From NCBI RefSeq assembly GCF_006345805.1, contig NC_043004.1:92566001-92630000 (forward strand): 64,000 bases of DNA. Direction: 5' to 3'. A model generated the notes under the pieces. It had not been told where the DNA came from, made no database searches, and saw only the letters and a program-made list of their open reading frames with translations. Source of the stretch: Octopus sinensis (taxonomy: Eukaryota). Position numbers and translations under genes: made by a program. How positions within the stretch are numbered: the stretch's first letter is position 1; the number at the start of each line of letters is the position of its first letter. Below, piece after piece: positions 55,463-64,000 of the stretch.

Positions 55463-55905
55463 TCAAATTGACAATCGCCTGTGATGAATGCAGAAAAGTT
55501 AACAAGGAATCTTTAAAAGATCTCCTCACCGAAGTTGACAAAGAACTTACTAGATCTTCAAACCAAACTGTAAAATTATATTGATTAGAACTGCCAGTGA
55601 AGTCGTTCTTTTCCTTTTTCAAATATACCTAGCTGTACCAAGGATTTCACACCTATCCTGGAATCTGCACTTCGGAAGTATATGGAAAGTATCTTTATAC
55701 AAAGTACATATCTGAACAAGCAAGAGAGGATTTATTCATTAAGTTGGATCGTGCCATCTGCATACACTGCATGAATATCGGGTGAAAAATTCTATGTAGA
55801 GTTTGATACTCACCTAATATTGGCTGAGTATGCTAATAAGTTCGTCCTAACAAGGTCTCTCGATTTAAATACTTAATTCAACTGAATCTAAATTACATTT
55901 TATGC

Positions 55906-55938
<33 letters not shown>

Positions 55939-57156
55939 ATAAACAAAGTCAAATGCGATACAATAAAATTAATTATTATCGCCGATGTTCTAGGACACGC
56001 CATATATTATTCATATATAAGTACATTAAAAGGCGAAGTGTGTACTAGATACACAAAAGCTGGATAATATATATATATATACATATATATAATGATATTC
56101 AATTTTACCTCCCATTCAAAGATATGAAATAAAAGACAAAGTTTTAATGCTGTTGGTTTCTTACTGTATGCATGTAAAGACTTCTTTATTGTATGCAAAT
56201 TATTCTACAGATTAGGGCCCACAAGATAACCAATAAGAAACTGCCTACGTGTTCACTCTGTCTACAAAATTTGCAGTAAAATCTCCTCCCAAATCAAGCC
56301 CATATGTCTTTGATAAAGGACGTAATAGACATTGTATTTTGGAGTAAGCTATTCCTTAAAAAGTCGAGATTATCATAACTGCATTGCTTTTGTTAGTTCG
56401 ATCAGAACTGACCTAAGGCTTAACAACAGGACACCAAAAACTAAATCTATATAACATACGTTATTTTAAATTATTTTGTTACCCATCTAGATAGCAATAT
56501 AGATATGAGATCAAATGGAGAGTTAGCTGTGAATTGTTTGGTGTCCTACTCAGAAGGAGATTTAGGTGTCATTTCAGTATCCCTGGAACAATATCAGTTA
56601 TTCTACATTATCTCAGTTCTTCTAGCTATCAACAGCAACAAGAATAAAACCACCTTGGAATGTTACGTATTGTTAACTGGTGTTCTATCAAGGGAGGTTT
56701 TTATCTTTCGTCACAATAGATTTGCAACGAATTTTTTTTTCTTTCAGGATTGCTTCACTTCACTTAGCTGTGATAATAATACTTACTAGATCAGTGATGG
56801 TGAAACATTTTAGCCCGGCAGGTCAAGATTTTAATTTCTTTTGTAATCCTGCTTTTGGAGTTTCACTTACATGTATACATGCACATTTAGTTTCAAGTAA
56901 ATGCTTGTAGATAAGCATTCTGTAGCACGATATTGCAAAGAGCTTTTTTATTTTCTTCATTTTTCAAAGTTTAACGAGTATCACCTAAAAATCAGCGGCG
57001 TCGCTGCTTCACCAGTCACTGTACCATGAAATTTTATAGTACAATAAGATGATGTTGTATCCAGATATCTCTCATTCAAGAAACTACAGCAAAACACCAA
57101 TCATTAAAACTCACTGATGAATTTGAATATGTATACAGATTGACATTTTATAATAT

Positions 57157-57375
57157 TGTTTGAAATTTTAGCACAAGACCAGCAGTAAAATGGGGAGGGT
57201 GGTAAGTCACTTACATCGCCCCCAGTACTTAAATGCTATTTATTTTATTGACCCTGAAAGTATGAAAGAGAAAGTTCACTTCGGCGGAATTTGAACTCAA
57301 ACGTAGAGCCACAAGAAATGCTACAGAGCATTTGTATCTAACATATGCTAAGGATTCTGCTAGTATCGCTGCCTT
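57157..57375 (-). mobile_element. SINE family A, short tail
   Basis: Plus strand GGCGGAATTTGAACTC (B-box reverse complement), TTATTGACCCTGAAAG and GCACAAGACCAGC. Confidence 0.8.
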
Positions 57376-57959
57376 CTTTCACATTTTATGACAATGTAAA
57401 CAGTTATTCAAATATCTTTTCGAGGGTTTTGACTTATGGTATTATAGCAATTCAAAGAGGTTATGAGAATGACCGAATTTGTTTGCTCTTTGCTCTAAAT
57501 TGACAGTAACTGCTTCTAACGTAGAGATTTTCAGGTTTATCCGAATAAAAATAAGACGGAGCTTATTAAACTTGATTTTTATTTTAAATCAAATATACTA
57601 TTCCTGTTAGACAGAATACATCTAAGCTGAAATTTGAGAGGAGTAAATACGCATAATCGATATACGTAATGTTGAGATTTATTTGACTATAATTCATCTG
57701 GAATGAAATATTCTAGCCTAAGTCAATTTTACAACATGTTTGTATAATTTCGTGACACATTAAAGTGTCGCGAGTCATAAACTGGGAAGCACTGTTAAGA
57801 CGCAATATCTTATGCCATAAGTTCTGGAAGAGAAATATCACTGTAAGTTCTCCAAAATACGATCTTCTGGTAAATATCATTATAAAAGGGATGCGTTAAT
57901 AAATATTGTTAAACGGTAGCGATGATTATGTCAAATATAACAATTGATAATGGCGAAGC

Positions 57960-57981
57960 AATGAATGATGATGATGATGAC

Positions 57982-58014
<33 letters not shown>

Positions 58015-58150
58015 GAAGAAGAAGAAGAAGAAGAAGAAGAAGAAGAAGAAGAAGAAGAAGAAGAAGAAGAAGAAGAAGAAGAGAAGAAGAGAAGAAGAAG
58101 AAGAAGAAGAAGAAGAAGAGAAGAAGAAGAAGAAGAAGAAGAAGAAGAGT
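57960..58150. repeat. Compound (GAT)n(GAA)n microsatellite
   Basis: Direct reading. It generates the spurious poly-D/E/K/R ORFs. Confidence 0.95.
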
Positions 58151-58258
58151 TTAAAAGCAACGGCAAAAACAATAACAAGGTGGAAAATTTTTGAGAATAA
58201 TTACGAACACCATGTAGAATTTCTCTACGTTTCGCAACTGGTTATTTGTGTGTGTATG

Positions 58259-58279
<21 letters not shown>

Positions 58280-58292
<13 letters not shown>

Positions 58293-58470
58293 ATATATAT
58301 AGGGAGAGTTTACGAAAAAAACAAAAGACGAAGACAGGTGGTGTACAAAACAAACAGATGTATAAGTATAACGCTCAGGAATAGAAAAAGTATTTTACGT
58401 TTCGAGCCTACGCTCTTCTACAGAAAGAGACTCAGAAAACAAGGAGAGAAACAAGGAGAGAAAAAAATGT
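58280..58470 (-). mobile_element. Penelope-like pLTR-type short element (family P1) with hammerhead-like fold
   Basis: Minus strand 58428-58391: TCTTT-CTGTAGA-A-GAGC-GTAG-GCTC-GAAA-CGTA-AAATA. The 3' end CTCTCCC abuts (TA)n as at 4349. Confidence 0.65.
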
Positions 58471-58507
58471 GTGTACTGGCTATATATATATATATATAAT
58501 AATAATA

Positions 58508-58597
<90 letters not shown>

Positions 58598-59239
58598 GAT
58601 CAGAAGAACGGAGATTTTCCACATCTATAATTCTATTAAACCATTATTTACTGTTTTTTACAGTTATTTACAGCATATATGCATGTATGCATGTGTGTAT
58701 ACGTATAGGTATGCATCCCCACGCACAATTATCTAACCACAGACAATATTCGAAATAAACGTGCGGTACCTGTCTATATAATAACGTGGAGAAATTCTAG
58801 CGACGCAGTTTCAATCATCTGGTTGAAACCAACCTACCCCATGTATGCTGCCGATGCCTTTGGAAATGGACTGAATGCAGAAATTTGTTGGAAAGCATTT
58901 AAAAGCAGATATTACGGTTCCTGCTGTTGTTTTTTTTCTTCTTGTTCTAAAGCTTGATTTTGTTTATCACTTTAGCTGTGTTATGTCCCTGAGGGGCGGC
59001 AAGCTACCTAACTACCAACCTACCAGCTAGTCACGATATTAGTAACTTGCCTAAAAGCGACAGTAACTTCAATGACAAACTTACAAATTAATATATGACT
59101 TATCTCGTTCCGCGTCCCTGTCATTTGGACTCTGTGGAGTTTGTGAATTTTATACATCTGCACCTGTCTTACATCTCTTCTGTCCTGCATAACCTTTGTT
59201 CTGTAGGAAAGTTTGAGGCTCTACATCGTATGCCAAAAG

Positions 59240-59281
59240 AAACATTATTATTATTATATTATTATTATATTATTATTATTA

Positions 59282-59317
<36 letters not shown>

Positions 59318-59330
59318 CATTATTACTATT

Positions 59331-59370
<40 letters not shown>

Positions 59371-59401
59371 CTATTATTATTATTATTATTACTACTACTA
59401 C

Positions 59402-59453
<52 letters not shown>
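59240..59453. repeat. (ATT)n microsatellite
   Basis: Direct reading. It runs into a SINE A 5' end. Confidence 0.95.
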
Positions 59454-59455
<2 letters not shown>

Positions 59456-59644
59456 GGCGGGTGAGCTGGCAGAATCGTTACCACGCTGGGCAAAATTATT
59501 AGCGATATTTCATCTATCTACACGTTCTGAGTTCAAATTCCGCCGAGGTGGACTTTACCTCTCATCCCTTTGGGGTTGATAAAAGAAATACTAGTCCAAC
59601 TGGCCCCTCCCTGAAATTGCTGGCCCTGTGTCAAATTTGAAATC
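59454..59644 (+). mobile_element. SINE family A, short tail
   Basis: AAGGCGGGTGAGCTGGCAGAATCGTTAC...GAGTTCAAATTCCGCCGAGG...GGCCCTGTGTCAAATTTGAAATC-ATT. Confidence 0.85.
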
Positions 59645-60059
59645 ATTATTATTATTAGTATTACTAGAGCATATATTTATATATATATATATACATATAT
59701 ATACATATTCGTATACATATGCCCTTCCTTGAAAACTACACTAAACGCCGAGTTTCCTAAGTGTACGCATATCTACATACGGTGTGGACTTCATATGAAA
59801 ACAAACCGTGAATAATGTTGCCTTTGATCCAATCGGGAATGATTAACGATGTACCAGGTACGAAACATTATATATATATATATATTTGTTGGTGTTACAA
59901 CAATAATTTTCGCAGTTGGAGTTAAACTATTATTATTAAGCTATGTCTAAAGCGTGGTGTATTTGACTAATGTGTCATACAAACAATAAAATTTAGAGCA
60001 GAGATATAAGTGATGACTAAAACCGTAGAACAGAATCTAAGAACTACAAAGTATTGAAA

Positions 60060-60350
60060 GGTGTTTATTAGTTATCACTGTAAAGAACAGGAAGACTTCT
60101 TAATGGATAAGAAGAATGCAAATGAAAGTACAAGACATCGTTAGAAATTCTAAGAGAAATTAGAGTTCAGAAAGGTCTGTGGACCGAACAAATAAGCAAC
60201 TTTGTGCACGGTAGGAAGATCAAGGCAAATAGGTTAATGCAGTTAGGGAAAACAGATAAGGAGATGGGGAAATAAAATCGATAAATTATGGGCGTTGCAA
60301 GGATGAGAACGCCACAGAATATTTTGAAGTGGCGTCGGCTCGCGAAGAAT
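60060..60350 (+). mobile_element. RTE-clade LINE C-terminal remnant
   Basis: WIRRMQMKVQDIV and GKQIRRWGNKI resemble the RTE motifs WIR..TKV.DI and GR...RW.D.I. Multiple stops. Confidence 0.5.
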
Positions 60351-61139
60351 TGCCTCTTGCAGTAGACAGTAAACAGATAATGGCTGAAAATGATGATTGC
60401 ATATTATTACTGTTCATACGTCAGTGAAGTGAGAAGAGCAGACAAGAAAAGCGGGGCGATATACGGCAAAAATACTAGAGTGACAGTCTGAACTCAGTTC
60501 AAGTCCTGCCAAGGTTGAATTAGACTTTTTACGTCTCAAGGGTCAGTATTTTTATCTCTGATCGACCCCGTTGATTATCATTCCTACCCAATATATGTGT
60601 GATCATATCTGTAGTGAAATGAAAACCTGATTGTTTCATTGTCACAGGTTACTGTTTATAATATAACTCTCGTTACACCCTGTTACATCTTATTAATCTT
60701 GTTAAACCAATTGCAACCTATTAATCCTGTTACATTTGATAACGTCTGTTATATCTTGTTACATACTTTTACATCATTATTTTCTATTTCTAAAAATACA
60801 CTTATAATATAGTTTTCATGCAATGCAGTAACACTAACACTAATACTACATTTTCACGTAAAACTCAGTGTTACATACCACTATCGTTTATTGCATCACA
60901 TACGCAGCATCACAATGTACTTATTTAATAAAGCTATGCAGTTCAATTTCACTGCTCAAAGTCACAATAATAATGCTGTTTCAAATATTCAGCTCTGTAT
61001 TACATATTTTTTGTCACAACTGTCTCTGTAACAGTCTTTTTGATTTGCAAGCTATTAATATTACTATAAGCGCAATACATGGCAGATCAGTAAAATATCT
61101 GTGAAAATATTTTACAGTGTTTTACAGTATTTAATTGCA

Positions 61140-61278
61140 TCTCTTTACGTTCTTAGTTTGTAAACTTTGTTTTTTATTTATCAGAGATTGATAATTATGA
61201 GTGTTATGTACTGGTGTCCATATAGTCGATTATATTCTTACCCGAATTTTTGGTCTTGTGCCTATACTAGAAACCATT
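61140..61278 (+). mobile_element. SINE family A, degenerate
   Basis: CTTTACGTTCTTAGTT start and GGTCTTGTGCCTATACTAGAAACC-ATT tail. Confidence 0.5.
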
Positions 61279-61518
61279 GACAACAATGAAAGCCATTTTT
61301 ATGCAATATGAGATTCTATAAAATTCTTGGCTATAGTTCCTGTCACAACGAGTTGTGTCACACCCTGCTTTTCCACACTATCATTGTTATGCAAACCACT
61401 ATTTTCCGCCGTTGCAACATCGTTCTATGTTACATAATGTTATTGTTACTCGTATGAAAATGTACCGTGATAACACCTTTCTCCTATTCTTTTTTCTTTT
61501 TCAACCTATCCATCCATC

Positions 61519-61554
<36 letters not shown>

Positions 61555-61713
61555 TATAATATATATATATATATATACTATATATACACATACACATATA
61601 TATATATATATGTGTGTGTACATACACATATATAAACATATATATACATATATCTACACATATATATATTTATATATATATTTATATATATATACATGCA
61701 TATATATATATAT

Positions 61714-61756
<43 letters not shown>

Positions 61757-64000
61757 GATATATATGTGTATATATAGATACATACATATATACACATTAC
61801 CATATACATATATTTTAAACAATCAAAATCACACTCATGTTGAAGTTTTTGTAACTTTAAGTACTGTTTCGTTACAATGTTGCTATTTGCGTGAGACATT
61901 CTTCTCTGGTATGCTATAATTGCCATTCATAAAACTAAAACCACGTTTATGCAAACATGTTACAATGATACAAGTATGTTTGTAACGTAAAATTCAATGT
62001 TAGTTATTGTTAAATAACTCGTGTTACAAAATACGTTTATATATGTTACTTTATTGTTACATCAAATACATTACTTCGTCAAACAATCTAAATTATATGC
62101 TTATTATCTCCTGTTAGTAACTGTAAATTTTATGTTACATATGTTACATGCTGTTGAGTCACAAGCTATTATTCATGATACAACTTTTAAACATATAGTT
62201 ATTCAAACATTCCAACTTTTACAGTTACAGCTGCGTGTGCTAACTGAAATTTTTATATTACATTTATTACAATCTACTGTGACACAGTCTGCCATTTTCT
62301 TTTTAGGCTTTTTTGCTGATAAACACTTTAAGCCACAGCGCTAAAATCAATAAATAACATTCAAGTGTTACCACTTTTATCCTTTAAATTATACACAATA
62401 AAATATATATATTACTATACTATCACAGACATCTGTGTCACAGTACAATTTTTTTCATTAATTTCTTCAAATTATCATTGTTACAACTAACTATGTTCTT
62501 ATTAAAAAAGCGAAATACCACTGACACTTCAGCGTTTATAACAAAAGTTGTCTTGATATTAAGTTACTTAATGTTTATTTACTTTAATATTACGCGTGCC
62601 ACAAGCTGTTGTGCCACATTTCTGTTATCGTTTTATAAAACATTGTTATTGCAACAACCACAGCCACTCCTATTGAAACAATTTTAAGTCACACTTACAC
62701 ACTTGCGTTTGTAAAAGATATCTCTGAATGAGAGAATAAAATAAATATCTTCTCCCTAGATTTTTCATATTTTATATGATTAACACCTTCTTATAGACAA
62801 ACATTTTAAACTACACTGTTACCACACTGTTTCGGTAATACTGTGTGTTAAATTACCTCATTTGTAACACTGCATGTTAAATATACCTCTGTCTTTTTAC
62901 TGTTATCAAACAACTTTACCGTCTATTATGTTACGCACAATGTAATGTTACGAATGAAATATTACGTCACAATATATAAGAATAAATTTAGTGTTGTTAC
63001 AACATATTACAACAAATGTAACATTATTGTTGAAAGAGTATATTGCATAATACAAAACACAAGGAACAAGCGCTGACATTCAATCAACGTAAGCTGTCCT
63101 GATTCAGTTGTGTTTGTAAATTAAATTTGCAATGTAGCCTTGTTAAGACTCATGCCATACAATGAGTTACAACTAGGTCACCATTTTCCCTTACAGACTA
63201 TCGTTTGGTGGTAACATTCTCAATGAACCGAGATTAAAGTTAGAACTCATTATCATCTCGCTTCACATATGCCATCCCACTTCCAAATCCTTTTAAATTT
63301 GAGCCCTTCATATATGACGTTAATATTTTAAATAAATATATTCTGATTTGCGGTGACAAGTTTCCATGAACTGTGTCTGTAACCTAGTTTCCATCCCCAA
63401 CAGGAAACGCTTCACCTCTTTTTCTTTAAGTCGCTTATTCCTTATACCATTTGGAAATTGCATAAATTGAACAACTTCCTTATTATCTCCCTCCCACCTC
63501 TAAAACAAAAGCCCAGGTTTAATGCCTCTGTGGATGACAATCGCTTCCATAAGAAATATCAAATGACATTGTACAAGATTTAAGCAGTTGGCAAGTCAAG
63601 ACTGCAATGCTAGTTCGATTCTCGGCTGGATCAATTTCCCTCATGCACACTACAAATGAGGAAACGTAAATATCTCACGATTTGTAGTTTGCAATAAAAA
63701 GGAAATATCTATTTATTCTAACGTAACTAGTCTCACGGAGCAAATGTGCTCCCAGCGAGCCAACTCAGGAAGTGGCTGCTTCTATTCGTGCTGGAGACCC
63801 AATTTCAATTTACAGAATGTGGAAGAAAATGGTTGGGAATACTGGGAGAGCTGGACAATCATCTGAAAGCGAGAGGTGAACGGATCATGCGTTGTTACTG
63901 ATCATGTGATGAGCTTTTTTAAGATATTGAGACCAAGCGGAACTGAGACTAACACGGCGGAATCACAGGACGAGGTTATCCTGCATTCTGTATGAGTGTT

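Noticed and set aside
56748-56821. Candidate 74 nt exon after TTTTTTTTCTTTCAG
   Set aside because: The acceptor is good but the donor (GTCAAG) is weak, the peptide is unrecognised and no partner exons could be linked.
57922-58194. Acidic poly-D/E protein-like ORF
   Set aside because: It lies entirely in a (GAT)n(GAA)n tract with frame-breaking irregularities.
63580-63630. B-box-like GTTCGATTCTC as a tRNA (also ~19920)
   Set aside because: No convincing A-box or cloverleaf and no recognisable SINE body.

Overview
This is AT-rich, microsatellite-dense eukaryotic intergenic or intronic DNA with one 100-N scaffold gap (13744-13843). The SINE families and SSR density suggest a coleoid cephalopod, most likely Octopus; this is an inference from recalled repeat families, not a database result. 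No host protein-coding gene can be supported, and almost all ORF-track entries are translations of (TA)n, (GATA)n, (TACA)n or trinucleotide tracts. The real content is retroelements. (1) A ~3.5 kb 5'-truncated, frameshifted L1/Tx1-clade LINE on the minus strand (5611-9104) with APE endonuclease, RT (YADD) and zf-RVT. (2) A 0.9 kb R4/Dong-clade fragment (CCHC knuckle plus restriction-like endonuclease) abutting a (TAA)n tract. (3) RTE and CR1 remnants. (4) More than 20 copies of at least five tRNA-derived SINE families. (5) Several ~170-250 bp elements resembling Penelope-like pseudo-LTRs, carrying minimal hammerhead-ribozyme-like folds and abutting (TA)n. Most interesting: a hammerhead-like family in which the conserved core A6 is U in all three clear copies while position 7 varies; three long foldbacks, two consistent with inverted pLTRs; a SINE whose alternative 3' tail resembles the Tx1 LINE 3' end; a ~120 bp module with identical breakpoints inside (TA)n at two loci; and two non-tandem regions strongly enriched for one short motif (GTTAC, TAGAC). 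Boundaries were read by eye and are approximate to a few bases.
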